A stretch of DNA of 50,526 nt, from positions 1 through 50,526 of the forward strand of contig JBBIUY010000021.1 in the NCBI GenBank assembly GCA_037440005.1, written 5' to 3'. The stretch comes from Armatimonadota bacterium (GTDB lineage Bacteria > Sysuimicrobiota > Sysuimicrobiia > Sysuimicrobiales > Kaftiobacteriaceae). Numbering within the stretch: the stretch's first letter is position 1; every line of letters begins with the position of its first letter. This document shows, piece by piece, positions 40,605 to 49,927 of the stretch. The notes below the pieces were generated by a model. That model searched no databases. It had not been told where the DNA came from and saw nothing but the letters and a program-made list of their open reading frames with translations. The position numbers were made by a program, and so were the translations under genes.

Positions 40605-40998
40605 ACGTCAGATTGAACACCCCGAGGGCGCTGACGCGGGCGTGCTCTTTCTGCAGGATGGCGCGCAGGTCCAGGTTCAGCAGGCTGCACAGCGCGGCCA
40701 GGTAGAACAAAGCGGTGCCGATCTCGGTCTCCAGGACCTCCCGGCACCGCTCGCAGATCTGGCCGTCCAGGTGGGTGGCCATGTACTGCTTGAGCTCCAG
40801 CAGGCTCACGTCGGCGGGAAACCGCTGGCGGGTGGCGTGGATGGAGATGCACCCGCACGTGGTCACTGACTTGGCCACGGCGCGGTTGATGCGGGCCGTG
40901 GCCTCGGCGAGCTTGGTCTGGACGTCGAGGATGCTGCGGTGGCGGAGGAGGTACTCGCTGACGGTGGCCTGGAAGCGGGCTTCGTCGGTGTCCTTCAT
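40603..40998 (-). CDS. Conserved hypothetical protein with a Cys cluster and MazG-like C-terminal motif
   Basis: LLRHRSILD, AKSVTTCGC, CERC, ETEIGTALFYLAALC. Confidence 0.75.
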   Translation of the reverse strand: MKDTDEARFQATVSEYLLRHRSILDVQTKLAEATARINRAVAKSVTTCGCISIHATRQRFPADVSLLELKQYMATHLDGQICERCREVLETEIGTALFYLAALCSLLNLDLRAILQKEHARVSALGVFNLT

Positions 40999-41088
40999 CG
41001 CGCCCCCCTGACCGCCGACGCGGGCGTCCGGCCGGCGGCCGACCGGATGTCGTCCTGCGGTGTGCGGACCCGACGCACCGCGATGCTG

Positions 41089-41118
41089 ATTATAGGGACG
41101 GGCGCGACGGCGTGTCAA
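41089..41118 (-). promoter_or_regulatory. Consensus sigma70 promoter for the minus-strand hypothetical gene
   Basis: Minus strand TTGACA (41118-41113), 18 nt, TATAAT (41094-41089). Confidence 0.8.
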
Positions 41119-41197
41119 GAAACCCCCCCGGCGGGCCATTCCGCCGCGGCGCCGATGGAGTATAGTGGTGGAAGGACCGCGTGAAGGTGTGAGGACG

Positions 41198-42274
41198 ATG
41201 AGGTGGGTGATCCGGCTCGGGGGCCTCATCCTGGGCGGGGCCCTGGGATACCAGCTGGGCGACGGCGTGGTGGCGCTGGTCCCGCGGCTGGCGGGATGGC
41301 GGGTGGTCCTGCTGGGCGGGGGCCTGGCCTCAGGCGCCGTGGTGGGCTCCCTGCTGGCGGTGTGGGTGTGGCGCCGGTTCGAGAAAGCCATGGGCTGGGT
41401 CCTGGGCCGCCTGGCCCACGTCTCCCTGCGGGACGTGGGGCTGGCGGTGCTGGGGCTGGGCTCGGGGCTGGTCCTGGCCGTCCTGGTGGGATTCCCCCTC
41501 TCCCGCATCCCGGGCGTGGGCAACTACCTGGCCCTGGCGGCGGCGCTGGTCCTCAGCTACCTGGGCTACCACCTGGTGATGCAGCGCCGGGACGAGGTGG
41601 CCGGGCTGCTGCGGCTGGAGCGGGGCGGCCGGTCCTCGCGGTCCAGCCGGGGCGTGCCCAAGGTCCTGGACACCAGCGTGATCATCGACGGCCGCGTGGC
41701 CGACGTGGTCAAGAGCGGCTTTCTGGAAGGCCCTCTGCTGGTGCCCCGGTCGGTCCTGCACGAGCTGCAGCGCATCGCCGACTCCTCGGACACCCTGCGC
41801 CGCAACCGCGGCCGCCGCGGGCTGGACATCCTGCACCGGCTGCAGGAGGAGCTGCAGGCGGTGCAGATCGTGGACGACCCTAAAGACGCCGGCGACGTGG
41901 ACGCCGCCCTGGTGGCCCTGGCCCGGTCGGTGCGGGGGTGGATCGTCACCAACGACTACAACCTCAACAAGGTGGCGGTCCTGCAGGGCATCCGGGTGCT
42001 GAACATCAACGAGCTCTCCCAGGCCCTGCGGCCGGTGGTCCTGCCCGGCGAGGAGCTCACCGTCCAGGTCATCCGCGACGGCAAGGAGGCCGGCCAGGGG
42101 GTGGGCTACCTGGAGGACGGGACCATGGTGGTGGTGGAGGGCGGCAAGAAGTACATCGGGGAAACCTCCGAGGTCGTGGTCACCAGCGTCCTGCAGACGG
42201 TGGCCGGCCGGATGATCTTCGGCCGCCCCAAGGAGGCCCAGGGGACCGGCGGGACCTCCGGCCAGCGGCGATGA
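41198..42274 (+). CDS. PIN/TRAM domain membrane protein (YacL-like)
   Basis: Four TM helices, KVLDTSVIIDGR, TNDYNLNKVA, QGVGYLEDGTMVVVE. Confidence 0.92.
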   Translation: MRWVIRLGGLILGGALGYQLGDGVVALVPRLAGWRVVLLGGGLASGAVVGSLLAVWVWRRFEKAMGWVLGRLAHVSLRDVGLAVLGLGSGLVLAVLVGFPLSRIPGVGNYLALAAALVLSYLGYHLVMQRRDEVAGLLRLERGGRSSRSSRGVPKVLDTSVIIDGRVADVVKSGFLEGPLLVPRSVLHELQRIADSSDTLRRNRGRRGLDILHRLQEELQAVQIVDDPKDAGDVDAALVALARSVRGWIVTNDYNLNKVAVLQGIRVLNINELSQALRPVVLPGEELTVQVIRDGKEAGQGVGYLEDGTMVVVEGGKKYIGETSEVVVTSVLQTVAGRMIFGRPKEAQGTGGTSGQRR

Positions 42275-43461
42275 CCTCCTCCTCCGCCGAGGCGGTGGTG
42301 GTGGCCGCCGGACGGGGGGAGCGGCTGGGCGGCGGGACCCCCAAGGCGTTCGTCCCCGTGGCTGGCGTCCCGATGGTGGTCCGGGCCGTGCGGGCGGTGG
42401 CCTCCTGCCCGGCTGTCCGGGGCGTGGTGGTGGTGGTCGGCCCCGCCGACGTGGACCGCGCCCGGGACCTGCTGGCCTCTTCCGGCGCGGAGAAGGTCGC
42501 CGCGGTGGTCCCGGGAGGCCCCCACCGGCAGGCGTCGGTGGCGGCGGGGCTGGAGCATGTCACCGACGACCTCACCGTCGTCCACGACGGCGCGCGCCCC
42601 CTGGTCTCCCCCGCGGTGATCTCCGCCGTCGTGCAGGCGGCCGGAGCCCACGGCGCCGCGTCGGCGGGGGTGCCCCTGCGGGAGACGGTCAAGGTGGTCT
42701 CCGACGGCGTCGCCTCCGCCACCGCCGACCGGGACCGCCTGTGGGCGGCCCGCACCCCTCAGGCGTTCCGCACGGCGCTGCTGCAGGCCGCCCACAGGCG
42801 GGCGGCCGAGGAGGGGTTCGTGGGCACCGACGACGCCGTGCTGGTGGAGCGGTTGGGCCACCCGGTGCGCATGGTGGAGGACACCCCCTGGAACATCAAG
42901 ATCACCGTCCCCGCCGACCTGGCGATGGCCGAGGCGCTGCTGGCCGGGGGGGAGGTCCGCACGGGGCTGGGCTACGACATCCACCGGCTGGCGCCGGGGA
43001 GGCGCCTGGTCCTGGGCGGGGTGGAGATCCCCGCCCCCCGGGGGCTGGACGGACACTCGGACGCCGACGTGCTGACCCACGCCGTCATGGACGCGGTCCT
43101 GGGGGCGGCGGGGCTGGCGGACATCGGCCACCACTTCCCTCCCCACGACCCCGCCTACCGCCACGCCGACAGCCTGGACCTGCTGGGCCGGGTGGCCCGG
43201 CTGGCCGCCGAGGCAGGCTGGCAGGTGGTCTCCGTAGACGCCGTGGTGCTGGCCGAGGCCCCGCGCCTGGAGCCGTACCGGGACCGGATGCGGGCCCGGC
43301 TGGCCGCCGCCCTGGGTGTCCGGCCCGACCAGGTCAACGTCAAGGCGACCACCGCGGAGGGCCTGGGCGCGGTCGGGCGGGAGGAGGGGATCGCCGCCCA
43401 GGCGGTGGCGACCCTGCGCCGGGCGGGCCCGCAGGCGCCGGAGGCACAGGTCAGCCCGTGA
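42271..43461 (+). CDS. ispDF: Bifunctional IspD/IspF
   Basis: AAGRGERLG..PK, VHDGARP, TDDA, NIKIT; GYDIH, GHSDADV, NVKATTAEGLG. Confidence 0.93.
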   Translation: MTSSSAEAVVVAAGRGERLGGGTPKAFVPVAGVPMVVRAVRAVASCPAVRGVVVVVGPADVDRARDLLASSGAEKVAAVVPGGPHRQASVAAGLEHVTDDLTVVHDGARPLVSPAVISAVVQAAGAHGAASAGVPLRETVKVVSDGVASATADRDRLWAARTPQAFRTALLQAAHRRAAEEGFVGTDDAVLVERLGHPVRMVEDTPWNIKITVPADLAMAEALLAGGEVRTGLGYDIHRLAPGRRLVLGGVEIPAPRGLDGHSDADVLTHAVMDAVLGAAGLADIGHHFPPHDPAYRHADSLDLLGRVARLAAEAGWQVVSVDAVVLAEAPRLEPYRDRMRARLAAALGVRPDQVNVKATTAEGLGAVGREEGIAAQAVATLRRAGPQAPEAQVSP

Positions 43462-43781
43462 GGCCCCGCCGCCGGAAAGCCGCCGACCTTCTGCTGGTGG
43501 AGCGTGCCGTGGTCTGCGAGCCCGTCACGGTCGAGGTGGACCGCCCCACGGCCGCGCGGCCGCGCCTGACGGGGTACTGGCGGCGCGGGGAGTTCTGCCG
43601 GGTCCTGAAGGTCATAGACGTCCGCCCGGAGGTGGGCGAGACCTACTACCGCGTCCTCACCGACCGGGGCGCTGCCGAACTGCGCCGCTACCGCCGGGTG
43701 GACCCGCGCACCCTGCGGTCGGCCGTCGCCTGGGAGGTGTGTGCGGACCTGGACGCGGTCGAGATCCCCCGGCTGCGCTGA
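43458..43781 (+). CDS. Hypothetical protein
   Basis: GTGA overlap with the ispDF stop; fills the gap to cysS; coding-like codon usage. Confidence 0.55.
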   Translation: MRPRRRKAADLLLVERAVVCEPVTVEVDRPTAARPRLTGYWRRGEFCRVLKVIDVRPEVGETYYRVLTDRGAAELRRYRRVDPRTLRSAVAWEVCADLDAVEIPRLR

Positions 43782-43825
43782 CCGCCGCCGGCGGGGCGTC
43801 TGGTAGACTGGGGGTGAGGTCGGCC

Positions 43826-45367
43826 ATGCCCGTGCGCCTGCACAACACCCTCACCCGCGCCGTCGAGGAGTTCGCGCCCCGGGAGCCCGGGGTGGTCCGG
43901 CTGTACGTGTGCGGGCCGAACCTGTACGGGCCGGCCCACGTGGGCCACGGCTTCAGCTACACCGTCTTCGACGTCCTCCGCCGGGTCCTGGAGCGCCGCG
44001 GCTACCGGGTCATCCACGTCCAGAACTTCACCGACATCGAGGACCGGATCATCGAGCGCGCCGGCCGGGAAGGGCGGTCCGTGGCGGAGATCGCCCGGCA
44101 GTACGCCGACCGCTTCCTCCGGGAGATGGACGCCCTGGGCGTGCTGCGGGCCCACCACTACCCCCGGGCCTCCGAGGTGATCCCCACCATCGTGGAGATG
44201 ATCAAGGGGCTGCTCGACCGGGGCCACGCCTACCGGGTGGACGGCGACGTGTACTTCCGGGTGACCTCCTTCCCCCGCTACCTGCGGCTGTCGGGGCGGT
44301 CCCTGGAGGAGATGCAGGCGGGGGCCCGGATCGAGCCCGACCCCCGCAAGGAGCACCCCATGGACTTCGCCCTGTGGAAGGCGGCGCGGCCGGGGGAGCC
44401 CCGCTGGCCCAGCCCGTGGGGGGACGGGCGGCCGGGATGGCACATCGAGTGCTCGGCGATGAACCTGCGCTACCTGGGCGAGCAGATCGACATCCACGGG
44501 GGCGGCGCGGACCTGATCTTCCCCCACCACGAGAACGAGATCGCCCAGTCCGAGGCCTACACGGGCAAGAGCCCCTTCGCCCGCTACTGGGTGCACAACG
44601 CCCTGCTCAAGCCCCCGGTGGGCGAGGAGATGCACCGGCACCTGGGCAACTTCGTGTCGCTGCACGACGCCCTGGCCTCCTACGAGCCGGACGCCATTCG
44701 CCTGTTCTACCTGGGCGCCCACTACCGCACCCCGCTGCGGTGGACCTCCGAGGCGGTGGAGGCGGCGGCCCGGGGCGCGGAGAGGCTGCGCACGGCCCTG
44801 GCCAACGCCGACCTGGCCGCCGCCCGCGCCCCCGACGCCGACCTGGCCGGCCTGGACGAGGCGTCCCGGCGGGCCCGGCAGGCCTTCGACGCAGCCCTGG
44901 ACGACGACCTCAACACCCCCCAGGCCCTGGCGGCTCTGTTCACCCTGGCCGCCGAGGTCAACCGGGTGGCCGACGCCGTCCTCAAGGGGGCGGGGGCCGG
45001 GGGAGCGGGGCTGCGCCGGGCCGCGGCGACGCTGCGGGAGCTGGCCGGCGTGCTGGGGCTGTCCTTGCGACCCCCGGGCCCGGGACCCGAGATGCTCCCC
45101 GGGCTGAAGGCCCTGCTGGAGGAGGTGCGCGCCGCCGCCGCCGACCTGGTGCCTCCGGTGGACTCCCCGGACCCGGTGGAGATCATCCACGCGCTGCTGG
45201 CCGGCCGCGAGCGCGCGCGCCAGCAGCGCGCTTACGCTCTGGCGGACCGGATCCGCGCGCGCCTGGGCGAACTGGGCATCGTGGTGGAGGACCTGCCCGC
45301 CGGTCCCCGGTGGCGGGTCGCCTCCGACGGCCGGCGCCCCGCCTCCGATGGACCTTCGCGGCCCTGA
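43826..45367 (+). CDS. cysS: Cysteine--tRNA ligase (atypical KMSKS motif)
   Basis: YVCGP, HVGH, NFTDI, DFALWK, GRPGWHIECS, DIHGGG.DLIFPHHENE, ADRIR. Confidence 0.92.
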   Translation: MPVRLHNTLTRAVEEFAPREPGVVRLYVCGPNLYGPAHVGHGFSYTVFDVLRRVLERRGYRVIHVQNFTDIEDRIIERAGREGRSVAEIARQYADRFLREMDALGVLRAHHYPRASEVIPTIVEMIKGLLDRGHAYRVDGDVYFRVTSFPRYLRLSGRSLEEMQAGARIEPDPRKEHPMDFALWKAARPGEPRWPSPWGDGRPGWHIECSAMNLRYLGEQIDIHGGGADLIFPHHENEIAQSEAYTGKSPFARYWVHNALLKPPVGEEMHRHLGNFVSLHDALASYEPDAIRLFYLGAHYRTPLRWTSEAVEAAARGAERLRTALANADLAAARAPDADLAGLDEASRRARQAFDAALDDDLNTPQALAALFTLAAEVNRVADAVLKGAGAGGAGLRRAAATLRELAGVLGLSLRPPGPGPEMLPGLKALLEEVRAAAADLVPPVDSPDPVEIIHALLAGRERARQQRAYALADRIRARLGELGIVVEDLPAGPRWRVASDGRRPASDGPSRP

Positions 45368-46172
45368 CGCGCTGCGCCCGGACGTCGTCGTCGGCCGCCG
45401 GGCGGTCCTGGAGGCTTTGCGCGGCGACCGGCCCCTGTACCGGGTCCTGCTCACCCCCACGTCTCACGGCCCCGCCGTGCGCGCGATTCTGCAGGAGGCG
45501 CGCAGCCGGGGCGTCGTGGTCCAGACCGTGGACGAGCGCCGCCTCCGCCACCTGGCCGGAGGGATCCCCCACCAGGGAGTGGTCGCCCTGGTCGCCGCCC
45601 GGCCGGCGGCGACGGTGGACCAGATCCTCGCCCGCGCCCGCGAGCGGGGCGAACTGCCTCTGGTGGTGGTCTTAGACGGCGTCCAGGACCCGCTGAACCT
45701 GGGGGCCATCATCCGGACGGCGGAGGGCGCGGGGGCCCACGGAGTGATCGTCCCCCGCCGGCGCGCGGTGGGCCTCACCCCCGCCGTGGCCCGGGCCTCG
45801 GCCGGCGCCCTGGAGCACCTGCCGGTGGCGCAGGTCACCAACCTGGCCCGCACCCTGGACGACCTCAAGGCCGCGGGGTTGTGGGTGGTGGGGGCGGACC
45901 CGCAGGCGCCCCAGGTGTACCACCGGGCCCGTCTGGTCCCGCCCCTGGCCGTGGTGCTGGGCGGAGAAGAGCGCGGGGTCAGCCGGCTGGTCCGCGAGCG
46001 CTGCGATCTGCTGGTCCGCCTGCCCATGCGGGGCCGGGTGCAGTCCCTCAACGTCTCCGCCGCCGCGGCGGTGTTGCTCTACGAGGTGGTGCGCCAGGCC
46101 GGGGACGCGCCGGCGGCGGACCCGCGCGCGGGGGCGGCCGCCCGCACCGCGTCCCGCGCACCTTTTTCTTGA
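45348..46172 (+). CDS. rlmB: 23S rRNA Gm2251 methyltransferase (TrmH family)
   Basis: HQGVVA, DPLNLGAIIRTA, SLNVSAA. Confidence 0.92.
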   Translation: MDLRGPDALRPDVVVGRRAVLEALRGDRPLYRVLLTPTSHGPAVRAILQEARSRGVVVQTVDERRLRHLAGGIPHQGVVALVAARPAATVDQILARARERGELPLVVVLDGVQDPLNLGAIIRTAEGAGAHGVIVPRRRAVGLTPAVARASAGALEHLPVAQVTNLARTLDDLKAAGLWVVGADPQAPQVYHRARLVPPLAVVLGGEERGVSRLVRERCDLLVRLPMRGRVQSLNVSAAAAVLLYEVVRQAGDAPAADPRAGAAARTASRAPFS

Positions 46173-46197
46173 CGGGCTGTAGCGCCGTTCGTATAAT
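46169..46197 (+). promoter_or_regulatory. Sigma70-type promoter of sigH
   Basis: TTGACG (46169-46174), 17 nt, TATAAT (46192-46197). Confidence 0.85.
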
Positions 46198-46230
46198 GAA
46201 CACCGAATCTCATACCTGCGGAGGCGAAGA

Positions 46231-46869
46231 GTGGCACTGGCGCGACGAGACGCTCCCTCCTACGCGGAAATGGCCGATGAAGAACTCGTCGCCGCCGCAA
46301 AATCGGGCGACGACCACGCCAGCGAATACCTGATCAACAAATACCGTAACTTCGTCCGGGTCAAGGCCAAGGCCTACTTCCTGATCGGGGCGGACCGGGA
46401 AGACATCATCCAGGAGGGGATGATCGGCCTGTACAAGGCCATCCGGGACTTCCGGGCCGACAAGCTCTCCTCCTTTCGGGCCTTCGCCGAGCTGTGCATC
46501 ACCCGCCAGATCATCACCGCCATCAAGACCGCGACCCGTCAGAAGCACATCCCGCTGAACTCCTACATCTCGCTGAACAAGCCCATCTACGACGAGGACT
46601 CGGACCGCACCCTGCTGGACGTCATCAGCAGCATCAAGGTCAGCGACCCCGAGGAGCTGGTGATCAACCAGGAGACCTCGGCCCACATGCGGGAGCGCAT
46701 CCGCAAGAACCTCAGCGAGCTGGAGCACAAGGTGCTGACGGCCTACCTGGAGGGCAAGTCCTACCAGGAGATGGCCAACGAGCTCAACCGGCACGTCAAG
46801 TCCATCGACAACGCGCTGCAGCGGGTCAAGCGCAAGCTGGAACGCAACCTGGAAGGCGAGGCGGACTGA
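46231..46869 (+). CDS. sigH: RNA polymerase sigma factor SigH (Spo0H type)
   Basis: YFLIGADREDIIQEGMIGLYKAIRDF, ATRQKHIPLNSYISL, KSIDNALQRVKRKL. Confidence 0.95.
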   Translation: MALARRDAPSYAEMADEELVAAAKSGDDHASEYLINKYRNFVRVKAKAYFLIGADREDIIQEGMIGLYKAIRDFRADKLSSFRAFAELCITRQIITAIKTATRQKHIPLNSYISLNKPIYDEDSDRTLLDVISSIKVSDPEELVINQETSAHMRERIRKNLSELEHKVLTAYLEGKSYQEMANELNRHVKSIDNALQRVKRKLERNLEGEAD

Positions 46870-46908
46870 CCGCCGCCCCGGCGGGCCGGACGCCGGGCGG
46901 CCGTGTCC

Positions 46909-47049
46909 ATGCTGCGGGTCCACTGTCCTGCCTGTCGGTTTGTCTTCCTCCAGCTGACCCCCGCCGACGAGGGCGGCGTGGTCTGCCCCCGGTGCGGGAC
47001 GGTCTTCACCCCCCGCGAAGAAGAGCTGGTCGACCCCGAGGATGACTGA
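46909..47049 (+). CDS. 46-aa zinc-ribbon protein (absent from the ORF track)
   Basis: MLRVHCPACRFVFLQLTPADEGGVVCPRCGTVFTPREEELVDPEDD; two CxxC motifs; overlaps the next start. Confidence 0.7.
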   Translation: MLRVHCPACRFVFLQLTPADEGGVVCPRCGTVFTPREEELVDPEDD

Positions 47050-47776
47050 GCCCCTGGCACGTTCCGGCCGCGGGGACGCCGGCGGCGCCCCGGATGCCCC
47101 CGTGCCGTCGGGCCGCGAGGTGGTGGGCCGGATCTCAACCTCCGGCGGGGAGTGGCAGCTGCAGCGGCGGCCCGGGCCGGACGGGTCGGTCCACTACGAG
47201 ATCATCGCCAACGGCGTCTTCCTGATGGCTTCGTACAACCTTGCCTCCGACCGCGCGCTGGCGGCTCTGGCCCTGGCGAAGGTTCCCGGCGGGGGGCTGC
47301 GGGTGCTCGTGGGCGGGCTGGGGATCGGCTACACGGTGCAGGCCGCGCTGGAGGATCCGCGGGTCCGGCGGGTGGAGGTGGTGGAGGTCGAGCCGGCGGT
47401 GGTGGCCTGGCACCGGGCCTACCTGGCCGGCTTGTGCGGCCGCCCCCTGGACGACCCCCGGACGGTCCTGGTGGAGGCGGACCTGGCCGAGCTTTCCCTG
47501 GAGCCGGGGGCCTACGACGCCATCCTCCTGGACACCGACAACGGCCCGGGCTGGCTGGTGCGGGACTCTAACGCGAGGCTGTACACCCCTGACGGCGTGC
47601 GCCGCTTCCTGCAGGCCCTCAGCCCCCGGGGCGTCCTGGCCTACTGGTCGGCGCAGCCCGCCCCGACCCTGCGGGATGTGCTGGCGGCCTTCTGTCGGGT
47701 GGAGGAAGTCGAGGTGGCGGACGAGATGGCCCCCGGCCGGCCGTCTTCCGCCTGGATCTACCTGGCCCGCCGCTGA
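47042..47776 (+). CDS. Spermidine-synthase-like SAM-dependent methyltransferase
   Basis: NGVFLM, VLVGGLGIGYT, VVEVEP, ILLDTDNGP. Confidence 0.8.
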   Translation: MTEPLARSGRGDAGGAPDAPVPSGREVVGRISTSGGEWQLQRRPGPDGSVHYEIIANGVFLMASYNLASDRALAALALAKVPGGGLRVLVGGLGIGYTVQAALEDPRVRRVEVVEVEPAVVAWHRAYLAGLCGRPLDDPRTVLVEADLAELSLEPGAYDAILLDTDNGPGWLVRDSNARLYTPDGVRRFLQALSPRGVLAYWSAQPAPTLRDVLAAFCRVEEVEVADEMAPGRPSSAWIYLARR

Positions 47777-47786
47777 CGCAGCCGGA

Positions 47787-48764
47787 CTAGCCTCCGATCT
47801 GGATCATCGCGCGGTGCTGGGGGTACAACCGCTCGGCCAGGGCGTGCCCGAAGGGCCGGCGGAAGGCGGCGGCCCGGAAGATCTCCCGCAGCTGGTGGTA
47901 GGAGGCGCCCGCGCGCAGCGGGGTCAGCAGGTCCTCCTCGTCGTCCCGCAGCAGGCACAGGCGCAGGCGGCCGTCGGCGGTGAGCCGCAGCCGGCCGCAC
48001 CGGGCGCAGAAGGGCTGGCTGACCGGGCTGATGAAGCCCACGGTCCCGGCCGCGCCCGGCAGGCGGTAGGTCCGCGCCGGCTCCTCCCCCGAGGTGTCCA
48101 CCGGCTGCAGGGGGCCCAGGGCGGTCTCGATGCGGGCCATGGTCTCCTCCGAGCGGACCACGGACGTCTCGGCGAAGTCGCCCACCGTGGAAAACGGCAT
48201 GACCTCGATGAAGCGGACCTCCCAGGGCCGGTCCAGGGTCAGGGCCGCCAGGGGGACCACGTCGTCCTCGTTGAACCCGCGGACGACCACGGTGTTGACC
48301 TTGACGGGGCGCAACCCGGCGGCCTCGGCGGCGGCGATCCCGGCCAGGACCTTCTCCACCCGCCCGCCCCGGGTGATCCGGGCGAACCGCGAGGGGTCCA
48401 GGGTGTCCAGGCTGACGTTGACCCGGTGCAGGCCCGCCCGGGCCAGGGGCTCGGCCAGGGACTCCAGCAGCAGCCCGTTGGTGGTCATGGCCACGTCCCG
48501 GATGCCCGGGACGGCGGCGATCTCCCGCACCAGGTCCACCAGGCCAGGCCGGACCGTGGGCTCCCCCCCGGTCAGGCGGATGCGCCGGACCCCCAGCTCG
48601 GCGGCGATGCGGACCAGCAGCAGCAGTTCGTGGTCCTGCAGCAGTTCGTCGGGGGGCCGGAAGGCGATGCCGTCGGCGGGCATGCAGTACACGCACCGCA
48701 GGTTGCAGCGGTCGGTGAGGGAGATCCGCAGGTCGGTGAGTTCCCTGCCGTACTGGTCCCGCAT
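47787..48764 (-). CDS. moaA: GTP 3',8-cyclase MoaA
   Basis: LRISLTDRCNLRCVYCMP, TGGEP, FCARCGRLRLTADG..CL, C-terminal IGG. Confidence 0.96.
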   Translation of the reverse strand: MRDQYGRELTDLRISLTDRCNLRCVYCMPADGIAFRPPDELLQDHELLLLVRIAAELGVRRIRLTGGEPTVRPGLVDLVREIAAVPGIRDVAMTTNGLLLESLAEPLARAGLHRVNVSLDTLDPSRFARITRGGRVEKVLAGIAAAEAAGLRPVKVNTVVVRGFNEDDVVPLAALTLDRPWEVRFIEVMPFSTVGDFAETSVVRSEETMARIETALGPLQPVDTSGEEPARTYRLPGAAGTVGFISPVSQPFCARCGRLRLTADGRLRLCLLRDDEEDLLTPLRAGASYHQLREIFRAAAFRRPFGHALAERLYPQHRAMIQIGG

Positions 48765-48783
48765 GGGCCCTCCGGATGTCACG

Positions 48784-48879
48784 ATTATAGCACCCGCACC
48801 CGCCCCGGCGGGTCCGGACGGGTGCGTGGCGGACCGCGCGGGGATGGGGGGTTGCGCCCGAGCCCGGGATCGGTACAAT
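48784..48879. promoter_or_regulatory. Divergent promoters between moaA and the small plus-strand ORF
   Basis: Minus strand TGCTATAAT (extended -10, 48792-48784); plus strand TTGCGC (48852-48857), 16 nt, TACAAT (48874-48879). Confidence 0.55.
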
Positions 48880-48954
48880 AGCACAGGGCAGAGTGCCGCC
48901 GGAGGGCAGCTGCCCGCCGGACGGCGGTCCGGAGCAGCGACTTCTGGAGGGGCG

Positions 48955-49188
48955 GTGACCTCAGTGGGACGGACAGCGACCACGCGGGCGGCTTCCCGAA
49001 CCCGGTCTGCCCGCGCCGGCTCCGGCCGGGCGCGCAAGCGGCTGTCGGAGCGGTGCGAGCACGGGCTGCTGCGGGGGACGTGCGCCATCTGCCTGCAGAT
49101 GGAGGAGACCGCGGACGATCTGCACCACGCGCGGCTGGAGGCGGAGGAAGCCGACGAGGAGACGGAAGGCCCCGAGGACGAGGAGTAG
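48955..49188 (+). CDS. Small hypothetical protein with CEHG..CAIC motif and acidic tail
   Basis: GGAGG RBS at 48946-48950; basic N-terminus, C/H cluster, Glu-rich C-terminus. Confidence 0.6.
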   Translation: MTSVGRTATTRAASRTRSARAGSGRARKRLSERCEHGLLRGTCAICLQMEETADDLHHARLEAEEADEETEGPEDEE

Positions 49189-49193
49189 GCGCC

Positions 49194-49532
49194 ATGGGAC
49201 GCCTGGCAGGGGGGCTGGGCCGGCTGTGGCGGTCAGCCGGCGGGGCCGTGCGGAAGGTGCTGGACCTGCCGGTGGGCCTGGGGCGGGAGGAGGACCCTCT
49301 GCAGACCCTCTACCACCGGCCGATGCCGCCGCGGCTGCAGGTGAACTGGTGGGCCCTGTTGCTGGGACCGTTCTGGTACCTGGCGACCGGCCTGTGGACC
49401 CACGCGGTCATCCTGTTCACCATCGTCCTGTTCAGCGGCGGGCTGCTGGCCCCCCTGGTGTGGCTGTACGCCGGCCTGAAGGCCAACGAGGACCTGCTGG
49501 AAGCCCGCATCGTCCGGCGCAGTTACTACTAG
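49194..49532 (+). CDS. Small membrane protein (DUF2628-like)
   Basis: NWWALLLGPFWYL motif; GAGGAG RBS. Confidence 0.65.
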   Translation: MGRLAGGLGRLWRSAGGAVRKVLDLPVGLGREEDPLQTLYHRPMPPRLQVNWWALLLGPFWYLATGLWTHAVILFTIVLFSGGLLAPLVWLYAGLKANEDLLEARIVRRSYY

Positions 49533-49643
49533 GGATCAGGGACCCGCAGCGCGGGACGGGCGCCCACTGGTTCTCTGCTGCTCCGTGTCGCGCTGTCCGT
49601 GGGCGCACGGCCGCCCGGCAACAGCGGTTCTCCCTCATCGGTT

Positions 49644-49681
49644 CCCTCTCCCCTCTGGGGGAGAGGGCGAGGGTGAGGGGG
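49644..49681. repeat. Single REP-like hairpin upstream of tRNA-Thr
   Basis: CCCTCTCCCCtctgGGGGAGAGGG followed by GAGGGTGAGGGG; same family as 13141-13436. Confidence 0.8.
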
Positions 49682-49724
49682 ATCCAACCCCGATCCCGGA
49701 TCCCGTAGTATACTTCCCGCAGGG

Positions 49725-49799
49725 GCCGCCGTAGCTCAACGGCAGAGCACCGCACTTGTAATGCGGGGGCTACCGGTTCAAGTCCGGTCGGCGGCTCCA
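49725..49799 (+). tRNA. tRNA-Thr (TGT)
   Basis: Acceptor stem GCCGCCG/CGGCGGC, anticodon loop CTTGTAA, GGTTCAAGTCC, encoded CCA; TATACT at 49709-49714. Confidence 0.95.
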
Positions 49800-49927
49800 C
49801 GCGAACCCCCGCCTTCGGAAGGCATTTTCCGTAACTGACCTTCTCGCCTACCCCTCCCTCCCGGGCCGGCTGCGCCCATCTGCGCCCATCACTGCGTCCC
49901 GGAGGGCCCGGCAGGCGACCCGGCGGC

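Noticed and set aside
27640..43461. folB-folK and ispD-ispF fusions, and tandem deoxynucleoside kinases, as novelties
   Set aside because: All are well-known arrangements
48765..48950. Moco riboswitch upstream of moaA
   Set aside because: The -10 box lies about 20 nt from the start codon, leaving no room for an aptamer
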